Of a stretch of DNA of 32,000 nucleotides, positions 18,840 to 27,160 are shown piece by piece. Origin of the DNA: Saccharolobus solfataricus (GTDB lineage: Archaea > Thermoproteota > Thermoprotei_A > Sulfolobales > Sulfolobaceae). Location of the stretch: the NCBI RefSeq assembly GCF_900079115.1, contig NZ_LT549890.1:1650001-1682000 (forward strand), written 5' to 3'. The translations under genes were made by a program, and so were the position numbers. The notes under the pieces were generated by a model that ran no database searches, was not told where the DNA came from, and saw nothing but the letters and a program-made list of their open reading frames with translations. Within the stretch, counting starts at the first letter, position 1; every line of letters starts with the position of its first letter.

Positions 18840-20278
18840 CAGTGGTGTTTCACCAAATTATTTCATTTGAAAGATATAATATTAGTCCTTTCAAAAAGAG
18901 ATTGATATAGAGAAAAACAATAAAATTATTATGAAACATAACATGTTAAAATAATTTGCAAAAAATATAGCGTACAATTCTAATAATAAGAGGAGAATTC
19001 TGAATTTTTCTCACGTGGTGAAAACGACGTGCATAGTCTCCTCTGAACACCGAGAAAGTTAGAGAAGCTTGACGAATGAATCGAAGGACAAAACCTTCTT
19101 ACACGTGGACTTGAAGTTAAAGAGAAGATGATTCACTAGATTCCACGCAGAATCCAGAACCGTGTAATAGAGGAACAAGAAGATCTTATTACTCAACTTC
19201 CTAACATACCTTATCCTTGCCTTCCTAACCTTAAAACCCTCCTCAACTTGCCACCTCAACCTATAGAGTTCAGCCAGTTCATAGGGATCTCCCTCGAAGT
19301 TCGTTACGAACATGAAGTGCCTCGGCTTCCCCTTAACGTAAACCACATCGTAATAATAAAGCCCTTCAAATTTCAAGACCCTATACGCAACGTAAACCCT
19401 GTCCTTAACCTCGTATCTCTTCTCAACTAATGGAACGTTAGATAGTTCCTTGAATCCCTTCAAGTTCGACTTTCCTCTCACAATGGTCTTCACGGGCATT
19501 TCCTTGATGACCCCTAGGTTCAAGAATCCGGCGTCAGCTACAACGTAATCTATTTCCATGTATTGGCTTACTTCCCTCACGCTCCTGAGTAGGAACTGTG
19601 ATGGACTGTCGCTTCTCAAATCTGCTACCTCCACTAGGAGGGGTAACCTTAAGGGATATACGAGGTCCAAGGATCTCATCTTTACTCCTTTTCTCTTCCA
19701 GTTGTAGAGTAGAAAGCCCTCTGCTTTTTCTTGTTCCTTTTCTCCCACGGTTAATCCGGTCTCATCTACAGCGACTACGTTGATCTCTCCCTTTACTTCT
19801 CTGTAGATTGGGTAGAACTTGAAGGTTCTCTGACCTTTACTAATTACTTTCTCGCCTCGTCTTACTACCTTCAAGTAGTATTTTCCTCTGTTTCCGGTTA
19901 GCAAGGATGGTGCTGCTTTCACTATTTCCGGGTCTAGATCTTGAGAGATAACGTTAATATTGTTTGTTGCTAAAGTTATAGCGAGGGACTTCAGCTCCGT
20001 TTTGGGTAATATCATGGTTTGCATAACGGAGTTATGGAGTCCCTCGCTTTAACCTTTTCTTGTTCATCTCGTCCTTCCACCTACTTTCCTCTATTGATAA
20101 TACTAGACAAATGGTATTACTCTTTATATATAAACTCGTTTTCTGTTAGTTTCTTCAACAAATATGAAAATTTTTTGCTTCTTGTGTTGAAATAAGCCGA
20201 TTTTTCTAACTCCGCTCTGATATTTTTCTCTTCCATAGAAATTGTATCATTTTGAGTAAAATTGGTGAAACACCACTG
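18840..20278 (-). mobile_element. IS element, ISC1439-type, 1439 bp (divergent second copy)
   Basis: Terminal inverted repeats CAGTGGTGTTTCACCAA at 18840 and, reverse-complemented, at 20278. It is flanked by a perfect 9-bp direct repeat CTTCTCATT (18831-18839 and 20279-20287). Both end sequences match the corresponding ends of the copy at 10745-12182. Confidence 0.9.
19059..20024 (-). CDS. DDE transposase (IS4-like)
   Basis: 321 aa, collinear with the ORF at 10998-11963 at roughly three quarters identity by eye. It has the same VAVDET, VVADAGF and YRLRWQVEEGFKVRK motifs. Confidence 0.9.
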   Translation of the reverse strand: MQTMILPKTELKSLAITLATNNINVISQDLDPEIVKAAPSLLTGNRGKYYLKVVRRGEKVISKGQRTFKFYPIYREVKGEINVVAVDETGLTVGEKEQEKAEGFLLYNWKRKGVKMRSLDLVYPLRLPLLVEVADLRSDSPSQFLLRSVREVSQYMEIDYVVADAGFLNLGVIKEMPVKTIVRGKSNLKGFKELSNVPLVEKRYEVKDRVYVAYRVLKFEGLYYYDVVYVKGKPRHFMFVTNFEGDPYELAELYRLRWQVEEGFKVRKARIRYVRKLSNKIFLFLYYTVLDSAWNLVNHLLFNFKSTCKKVLSFDSFVKLL

Positions 20279-21185
20279 CTTCTCATTCAATAAGTGTTGT
20301 AGGTCAACCCTTGAATTATAAAACTCAGATAGTACTTTACGTAAATTCACCTTAAATCATTTAAACCTTAAATCTAACATAGATTCTCTTCAAGAAGATT
20401 TAAATAATCGCAAATACTTCAAGCGTATATAGTATAAATATTCCTTAAATAAATCCTACATTGGAAAAATTAAACGTTATATATTATACGTTATTCTCAA
20501 GAAACTACTACGATAGTGTTTGATGAGTTCTGGACTTACCTTCATGTTAAGCATAGGAAGAGGATGAAGGATTTATGGGTTTGCTAGATGGGATACTTTT
20601 ATTGGGTCTGGGGATAGGAATTATAAGACCTTCATAGGGTTTCACAATATATTAATCCTAAGCTCTTAGGCTTCACCAAAGTGATGGGCAAAAACCATTT
20701 ATCCTTCTTTGCCCCGTTAGCGGGAAAACCCCAATCGGTGGGTAACCTATATATAGGTTAATTAGCTGGGGAGAGTAATACGCCTCAGCTGGGGAAAATG
20801 GTCAAAAAGGTAACTGAAGCCAAGTCTTCGGTCTAGGGCGTGACAAGCCCCTTATATAAAACATATTAGTCAGATCTGCGTAATACAGATCTGAATGGGG
20901 TGTAGGTGTTACCACTAGTATTTTGGAAAAGTTCTTAGACTATGATCTAGTGGTATATCCTTTGCCTAAAGCTATAAACTTTCTGAAAGCACTAACGCTA
21001 ATGAGGCGGAGATGGAAGAACGAGTTTATCCGTGACTCTGATGAAGCCCAAGGGCTGAGGATTAAATATCGTGAAATCCTATGAAGCACAAACCCCAGAT
21101 TGACAATCTTCAATTGGATAGATTCACTGGCGACTATGAGGTTTTTTGGATGAAAGCTTAAATTGCGGAATTCAAGGTTTTATAT

Positions 21186-21644
21186 ATGGCAGATGATATA
21201 TTGTATAGGACTTTGGGGGAGTTATTAAGTAATTACGTTAAAACTTTACTAGAGAAGAGTGGTCAAGGAAAGAGGTTGAGTGAGCAGGAATACTTGATTT
21301 TAATGAACTATTATAATAGTAAGAACATGGATTACGTATTTACAGAGTTAAGAAATATTAGAAACGAGTTGAGAGGAATTATGGAAATTATAGATAGGAA
21401 ATCTAAAGAGGCTATTGACTACGCTGATAAGAGCAGAAAGGAAGCCATGGAGTATGCTGAGAAAAATAAGAAGGAGGTAATAGATTACGTAGATAAGACT
21501 AAGAAAGAAATGTTGGATTATGTGGATAAGAGATTTGAGGCAATAGATAAAAGATTTGAGGCAATAGATAAAAGATTTGACGATTTGAATAATAGAATTG
21601 ACGATTTAAGGGAATTGATTTTAACGTTGGCTAAGAAGACATAA
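21186..21644 (+). CDS. coiled-coil repeat protein (DUF3782-like), apparently a truncated paralog of 29686-30657
   Basis: 152 aa with 11-residue repeats (KEAIDYADKSR / KEAMEYAEKNK / KEVIDYVDKTK / KEMLDYVDKRF) followed by EAIDKRF x2. It ends ..LILTLAKKT* where the paralog continues (..AILRLAKSQKRL) into its nuclease-like domain. Confidence 0.6.
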   Translation: MADDILYRTLGELLSNYVKTLLEKSGQGKRLSEQEYLILMNYYNSKNMDYVFTELRNIRNELRGIMEIIDRKSKEAIDYADKSRKEAMEYAEKNKKEVIDYVDKTKKEMLDYVDKRFEAIDKRFEAIDKRFDDLNNRIDDLRELILTLAKKT

Positions 21645-21883
21645 CTATATTAATTATTATCTAATTACTTCTGACCCCTCTCCGTCCTAAACGGTTAGAC
21701 CCAAAATCATCTTACAAATATAAATTCAGCTAGGATTATCATATTATTTCTTCAAATATAAGAAAATTTTCTCTATTTTTCTTATTATCAATAATCTAAA
21801 ATTTAATTATATGTATCTGATGATATAAATAAAATTGGATTTCTTTGAATTTAATGTCATTTTTCATATATGTTCATACTCAA

Positions 21884-22047
21884 GGGCAATTCACGCTTCT
21901 TTTGCGAATTCACTTTATTTCGAATATTGCTACGAAATTAACTAAACGAAGGTGACTAGCTAGCAGAGACGCACGATTACCAGTATTAACATTTTTATAA
22001 ACACATTATTTACAAATCACAATTCGCAAAGGAAACCAGAATCGCCC
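21884..22047 (-). mobile_element. MITE copy 4, 164 bp, with an 8-bp target duplication
   Basis: Ends GGGCAATTCACGCTTCTTTTGCGAATTC... and ...AATTCGCAAAGGAAACCAGAATCGCCC form an imperfect terminal inverted repeat of about 30 bp. It is flanked by ATACTCAA at 21876-21883 and 22048-22055. From memory, the 164-bp size and 8-bp duplication fit the Sulfolobus SM4 MITE class. Confidence 0.85.
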
Positions 22048-22315
22048 ATACTCAATTAACACTTTTTATATTAGCTATTATAAAAAATATTACTATAGGA
22101 TTGAAATTTTCTATAAATTTTGGTATAATTGAGTAAAATAATCATGTAATGCATGATAATTGGTTATTAACGGAAAGCTATTATTTTTAATAATACGATT
22201 TTGGGTCTACCGATAAGGGGCGAGGCTTGCCTTTCCTTTGTCAGTCTTTCACTTTCTAATCCCGTAATTATATTCAGATTAAACGGCTAGTTATAAAAAC
22301 CTCTAGTCTGATAAT

Positions 22316-22364
22316 ATTTTTACTAAAGACTTTTCGAATAAGAAGACTGTATGAGAACAGTCCC
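22316..22364 (+). repeat. conserved ~47-bp motif, variant copy
   Basis: ATTTTTACTAAAGACTTTTCGAATAAGAAGACTGTATGAGAACAGTCCC can be aligned with the copies at 28942 and 31414. Confidence 0.6.
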
Positions 22365-22392
22365 CCTTAACCTATATGGGTTAAAAAAGTAG

Positions 22393-22908
22393 TTATGTAT
22401 TAACTACAGTGAACTTAGCTAAAGCTTCACTTGAAGGCCCTATGGCTGGAGTATACAACTTTACGTAATATGTACCTGGTGATAGATGAATTGGTATTAA
22501 TAGCTGGAACTGTGCCTCACTTCCTAATATCACTACGAAACCGCTATACCAGTTTACATAGTCTTTCTTATTATTGTTCCATGGTGCTTGTATGACTTTT
22601 ACTGTGTAGTTTGATATCTGTGAGGAGTTAAGATATATATGCCAACTTGAGTTGTAAATCTCCATTAGAGGAGCTGAAGCTGGATACGCATCTGGTCCGT
22701 CTACATCAGTAATATTTAGTATTAGTAACGTACTAGAATTCTCTGGGGATGCACTTATGTATGTTATTTCAAGTTTTGGAAGCTTAGAGTTATTAAATAG
22801 AGGTCCTACAACGTTTCCATATGCCCACTGCCCAGTACCTAATATCCATCCAATTGTTATAATTGCAAATATAATTCCAATAACTATAGTTTTGTCCATT
22901 CCAATCAC
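22393..22908 (-). CDS. doxA: DoxA-like subunit (thiosulfate:quinone oxidoreductase/terminal oxidase family)
   Basis: 171 aa with one N-terminal transmembrane helix and several N-x-S/T sequons. It overlaps the stop of the upstream doxD by 4 nt, the conserved doxD-doxA arrangement in Sulfolobales. Assigned from context and architecture. Confidence 0.6.
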   Translation of the reverse strand: MIGMDKTIVIGIIFAIITIGWILGTGQWAYGNVVGPLFNNSKLPKLEITYISASPENSSTLLILNITDVDGPDAYPASAPLMEIYNSSWHIYLNSSQISNYTVKVIQAPWNNNKKDYVNWYSGFVVILGSEAQFQLLIPIHLSPGTYYVKLYTPAIGPSSEALAKFTVVNT

Positions 22909-23456
22909 CAGAACTTTATTAGGTTCAATAACGGTATCTTTTTAGATAAGGACCAATCACCAAACTTCTTATATAAGTAATAATCTACTCCCCAAACTCT
23001 TCCAGCTGCGGTTAGCATTAGTACTATTGCTCCAGCAGTTAAAAGTGAACCAATTTGCCACTCATCCTCACATGTTGAACCTAACCAATACGCAGGTGCC
23101 ATGCCTATGGCCATTACCGCTGCCCCAAATGCTGAAAGTCTTGTTAAGAACCCTATTATTAAGAATAAACCGACTAAGATTTCTACATAGCTGAAGATTG
23201 TTAGGAATGTTACATCAAATGTCCTATTTTCTAAAGTCATGAGCAGAAAATCCTTAAATGGACCCGCGTGAGGTAAAAAGTTCACTAACTTTCCTCCTAC
23301 AAAGGAACTGGAGTTTGGATCCAGTTTAGCCGGTTTTAATATAGCTTTTCTTATACCTCCATCGAAGAACATCCAACCTACTGCGAACCTTATAGGGAAC
23401 AAGTATTCCTTTCTAGTTAGGTTATCTACGACTTGTTTATTTGCCATCTTTCCCAC
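22905..23456 (-). CDS. doxD: DoxD/DoxX-family quinol oxidase membrane subunit
   Basis: 183 aa with four hydrophobic helices. [16 protein letters not shown] is typical of the DoxX/DoxD N-terminus. The listed start is GTG; an ATG three codons in is more likely. Confidence 0.75.
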   Translation of the reverse strand: MGKMANKQVVDNLTRKEYLFPIRFAVGWMFFDGGIRKAILKPAKLDPNSSSFVGGKLVNFLPHAGPFKDFLLMTLENRTFDVTFLTIFSYVEILVGLFLIIGFLTRLSAFGAAVMAIGMAPAYWLGSTCEDEWQIGSLLTAGAIVLMLTAAGRVWGVDYYLYKKFGDWSLSKKIPLLNLIKFW

Positions 23457-23477
23457 CTGTTATATGTATATAATAAA

Positions 23478-23518
23478 GTTAAAACTAGTTAAAATATTTT
23501 TCGTTAAAACTAGTTAAA
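23478..23518. promoter_or_regulatory. two 16-bp direct repeats GTTAAAACTAGTTAAA upstream of doxDA (candidate operator)
   Basis: Copies lie at 23478-23493 and 23503-23518, a 25-bp period. Each contains the palindrome AACTAGTT. They sit just upstream of a TATA-like TTTATTATATA element, read on the gene strand, and 22-62 bp from the doxD start. Confidence 0.45.
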
Positions 23519-23660
23519 GCAGTTTTAAATAATAGGTTTTTATTTAAAGTATAATTAAAATAATCATATTTTATAAATTAAAATAAAGTATATAACAGAA
23601 AGGATTAAAAATTATATCCTATAAGAGAGCTTCTGGTATAAAAACCTTTCCATAGAAAAT

Positions 23661-24693
23661 ACTTTGTTGATTCGTTCAATTTGTCTCATTAAAACGATAT
23701 TGTATAACACTAATTTTTCAGTAATTAATATTTATTTCAACGTTCCTCTCAAGCTTACACCCTAATGCCCGGAGCCCTACCGACTACAGAATTCGCCAAG
23801 TTAACCATCCACGCGTAAGCCCAGAACTTGAGCTTAGCCTCAACTACTTGCCCAGCAAAACTTGTCTAACCGATTCCCCAAAAGTACGCTTCACAGAGAA
23901 CAAGGACTCGACCCGCCACCTAACGCCATAACCCTTCTCCTCCCTCCAACGATCATAACCCAACTTCCTAAACTCCCGCACAGCCTTACGTCTAGCAAGA
24001 TGGCGTTTAGTAGAAGCGTTCTTCTTGGGAGGAACTACAACCTCAACTCCGGTCTTGTAAACCTCATTGGCATCATATGTCTTATCTTCATAAAACTTCT
24101 TTCCCTTATCTTGAAGATCCTTAACTGTTTTTACAGCACTTTCAACCTCGTTGCTAGTGACCTCAGCGTTTATCACGTTGAATTCGTTATTGTCCATTAC
24201 TATCTCGATCTTGAGGAATTTTGAATCCCTAGTCTTACCCCACTTGGCAACAATGTATTGTCCTCCCGTGTTTGTGCTAATGCCGGTAGCGTCTGCAATT
24301 ACTTCAAGTTCGTCACTTGCCTCGGGGAAGGTTATGTTCATGTTCCTCACTCTCTCCCATATTGTTGAGTAATCGAGGCTTGTGGGGATGATTTTCAATT
24401 GTTCTAAGGCTCTTAATACTCCTTCTATTGCAAGGTAGGAAGATGTGGAGGAAGGCTAGGAAGTCGTTGAACTCCTTCGGAGCTTTATACTTTGTCCTAG
24501 CGTTCCTGTTCTCCTCTGCTAATAAGTCCCACCAATGTTCGAATACGTAGAAGGGGAACATCAACTTATATCTAGTTATGACGTTCTCGTCGTACTTGCT
24601 CCAGTCCCTCTTGTACTTACTCTTTCCCATAGGTAATACTTAAACGAATAATCTATAAACTTTTTGTACAATTCTGAAGCAATCCACAAAGCA
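23661..24693 (-). mobile_element. decayed IS5-family element (ISC1058 size class), about 1033 bp
   Basis: Imperfect terminal inverted repeats: CTTTGTTGATTCGTTCAATTTGT on the left, and on the right CTTTGTGGATTGCTTCAGAATTGT when reverse-complemented. It is flanked by the direct repeat CATAGAAAAT at 23651-23660 and 24694-24703. Confidence 0.75.
23755..24630 (-). pseudogene. IS5-family transposase with two frameshifts
   Basis: The 105-aa ORF (..FLAFLHIFLP) shifts frame into AIEGVLRALEQLKIIPTSLDYSTIWERV.. (the 184-aa ORF, which has DKTYDANEVY and GYGVRWRVESLFSVKRTFGESVR). A second shift in a T4 run leads into AGQVVEAKLKFWAYAWMVNLANSVVGRAPGIRV*. Confidence 0.8.
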
Positions 24694-24712
24694 CATAGAA
24701 AATCAAGCATGG

Positions 24713-24896
24713 TTAGTAGTTTTAGGAAATTCCCTTATTATAAAAAGTCAAAATATTTATCCATGTATTTATAAATATCTTTCATTGTACTTCTTAATAT
24801 TATAGCTTATCAATAAACATTTCTCATCTAACCGGAAAGATTTATTATATATTTTTAATGTAACGTAAAAGTGTAACGATTTTCCTATAAACGCTA
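24713..24896 (+). repeat. 184-bp direct repeat, copy 1
   Basis: Identical to 25640-25823 except for one C/T difference near the 3' end. AT-rich and non-coding. Confidence 0.95.
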
Positions 24897-24969
24897 ATAG
24901 TACTTTTTAAATAAGATGACTGCAAGAGATCTTCCTTTGGTCTGTATATCTTTATGAAAAGTTTATAAA

Positions 24970-25224
24970 GTGGGAATACAAAATCAACTTATGGGATATA
25001 TAGTCACAGTTGATGAAAGAGGAAGGATTGTAATACCGAAGGATATTAGAGAGAGGCTTAACTTGAAAGAAGGAAGTAAAGTTGAGATAAGTGTGGACGA
25101 AAAGGGAAGGATTATTATTATTGTAAGGAGGATAAGTGTGGACAATATTTATGGAATTGCAGGAAGGGAAAGAGTTAGTATTGAGGAGATTGAGGAGGCT
25201 TTAGGATTTGAAGATAATGATTGA
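24970..25224 (+). CDS. vapB: AbrB/SpoVT-type antitoxin VapB
   Basis: 84 aa. The listed start is GTG; the ATG at 24991 is more likely. VDERGRIVIPKDIRERLNLKEGSKVEISVDEKGRIIII is an AbrB-like motif. Confidence 0.85.
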   Translation: MGIQNQLMGYIVTVDERGRIVIPKDIRERLNLKEGSKVEISVDEKGRIIIIVRRISVDNIYGIAGRERVSIEEIEEALGFEDND

Positions 25225-25603
25225 TTCTAACGTATTTATCTATGTTCTATTTTCTGATCCATCCTATGGGGAAAGAGCTAAGGAGTTATTAAATAAGGCT
25301 GAAAATGAAGATGCTTATTCATCAACTCTCATAATTTCCCAAGTCCTTGCACACTTAGAGAGGAGGAGAAAATCTGAAATTATCCCCGTTTTTATAAATT
25401 ATATTCAACAATCTGGAATAAAAATATTAGAAACCAGGTGGGAAGACGTAATTGAAGCCATAAAGCTTTTGAGGAATATGAATCTGAGCTATAATCTTTG
25501 GGATGATGCAATAATTTCAGCCCAAATAAAGAGGGAAAAGATAGACATAATTTTCTCTAACGATAAAGATTTCGACATTCTTCAAGTTAAAAGAGAATTC
25601 TAA
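25208..25603 (+). CDS. vapC: PIN-domain toxin VapC
   Basis: 131 aa. The MIDSNVFIY N-terminal acidic motif and C-terminal SNDKDFD are typical of a PIN domain. It overlaps vapB by 17 nt. Confidence 0.88.
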   Translation: MKIMIDSNVFIYVLFSDPSYGERAKELLNKAENEDAYSSTLIISQVLAHLERRRKSEIIPVFINYIQQSGIKILETRWEDVIEAIKLLRNMNLSYNLWDDAIISAQIKREKIDIIFSNDKDFDILQVKREF

Positions 25604-25639
25604 GAAAAAGCTGGAAAAATGGGTTAAAATTATTCTCAC

Positions 25640-25823
25640 TTAGTAGTTTTAGGAAATTCCCTTATTATAAAAAGTCAAAATATTTATCCATGTATTTATA
25701 AATATCTTTCATTGTACTTCTTAATATTATAGCTTATCAATAAACATTTCTCATCTAACCGGAAAGATTTATTATATATTTTTAATGTAACGTAAAAGTG
25801 TAACGATTTTCCTATAAATGCTA
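25640..25823 (+). repeat. 184-bp direct repeat, copy 2
   Basis: See copy 1. Its 3' end abuts the GC-rich truncated transposase fragment. Confidence 0.95.
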
Positions 25824-26268
25824 CCTGGAGAGGGCCAGGAAGCTGCTCTCCCTGGGGAGAACCAAGAGGAGGTTCGAGGGAAGGTGGACCAAGAAGAGAG
25901 GGGTCTCGCACTACGGGCTCAAGGCAGTGGCCATGATCTTCGTCTCCCTCTTCGTGAGGTCCATCACGGTGAAGCCAGCCAACTTCTCGGACAAGAGGTT
26001 CAAGTCACCGCTCAAGGGGATTAAGATCGCGGACAAGGGATTCTCTCCCTCCCCGACACAGCTCATAGCGCGGGAGAAGCCCTTCACTACCCTGAGGGCC
26101 CACGTGGAGTTCTTCGGCACCTACCTGAACGCGTTCTGGAGGCCCTACGGGACCACGACCTGGAGGAACGACGTCTTCCTTCACGTCCTGGGAGTGATCT
26201 ACAACATCAAGATGTTCCTCGCGATCCAACGGAGGACTCCTCCAGGACGTAGAGCCGTTCAGCTCTGA
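25822..26268 (+). pseudogene. 5'-truncated IS5-like DDE transposase fragment
   Basis: The frame is open from 25822. It reads YLERARKLLSLGRTKRRFEGRWTKKRGVSHYGLKAVAMIF..TVKPANFSD..IADKGFS..RAHVEFFGTYLNAFWRPYG...VLGVIYNI, with catalytic-core motifs (ANxxD, ADKGF, RxxVExxF) but no N-terminal DNA-binding part. The GC-rich block starts abruptly at 25824. Confidence 0.6.
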
Positions 26269-27160
26269 GACGCGCCTCCTCGCGATCAGGCAACGCTATG
26301 CGCGATAGGTAAATCCTCTCGTCTTGATATTTTTCCATTATAAAGTTTTTCTCGGTTATCCGGGTTTCACCCTTCTGGCAATATTAATATTTATCATTCT
26401 GTTTATCTATTCGTTCAGATAATTACATTCCGGACACTCTCACGTAAGGGATCTATAGTCTTTTTCTTAATAGGCACTACATGCTCCGCCTCTAACAAAG
26501 TGACCGTAGCAGATCGGGATTCTCTGCCACCGTAGGAGCTGCAAAGGGGACTAGAAGGGATTATCAAACTTAGTGGGGAGATGCTGGAAAATGGATGTGC
26601 TTAGGACACTACTAGTTCAACCCAGCATCTCCCCAAAACATATTAGACAAAAAAAAAAGAATTATTAAAGATAAATGGATGTGCTTAGGACACTAAAAAG
26701 GAGGATCAGAAAGCTGATCGAAAAGAAGCCCAAGAACCTAAACGAAACCAAAGCAAGAGGAATATTACTATACTTGAAAGGAATGAACACTAGAAAAATA
26801 GCCAAGATACTACAAGTACACTTGAGCACAGTTTACAGATGGATCAACCAATTCGAGAAAGAAGGAGAGAAATGCCTATGCTACAAGAAGAGAAAAGGAA
26901 GAAACAAGAAGGTAGACGAAAAGGAGATAAAAGTAGAAGAACTTCAAGGTAAAAACATATGGGAAGCAAAGGCTTACATAGAGGAGAAGTTTCACGTTAA
27001 ATTAAGCTATGTAACAGCTTGGAGAATAGCTAGAAAGAGATTGAAAATCCCCTACATAAAACCATATAACAAGAAGAGGCCCTTTAACGCAGATAACATC
27101 TTGAGGGAGAGGTTAAAGGGTGTTATTATACTTCGTCAGACTTTAAAGGGCAAGAAAACT

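Noticed and set aside
19248-19783. ORFs 19248-19430 (+) and 19598-19783 (+)
   Set aside because: They are antisense shadows inside the second ISC1439-type transposase gene.
20117-20350. 77-aa ORF on the minus strand
   Set aside because: It crosses the IS terminus at 20278. After conceptual excision of the IS only a 27-codon ORF remains, so it is not a credible gene.
22087-22107. ATATTACTATAGGATTGAAAT, resembling the Sulfolobus CRISPR repeat GATAATCTCTTATAGAATTGAAAG (recalled from memory)
   Set aside because: It is a single occurrence with no second repeat at spacer distance, in very AT-rich DNA. It is probably chance, or at best a lone degenerate repeat.
22757-22945. 62-aa ORF on the + strand
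   Set aside because: It is antisense across the doxD/doxA junction.
23862-24372. ORFs 23862-24224 (+) and 24151-24372 (+)
   Set aside because: They are antisense to the IS5-like transposase pseudogene.
25696-26229. ORFs 25696-25911 (-), 25818-26024 (+), 25911-26120 (-) and 26005-26229 (-)
   Set aside because: They span the AT-rich repeat/GC-rich fragment boundary, or they are alternative-frame or antisense shadows of the truncated transposase frame 25822-26268.
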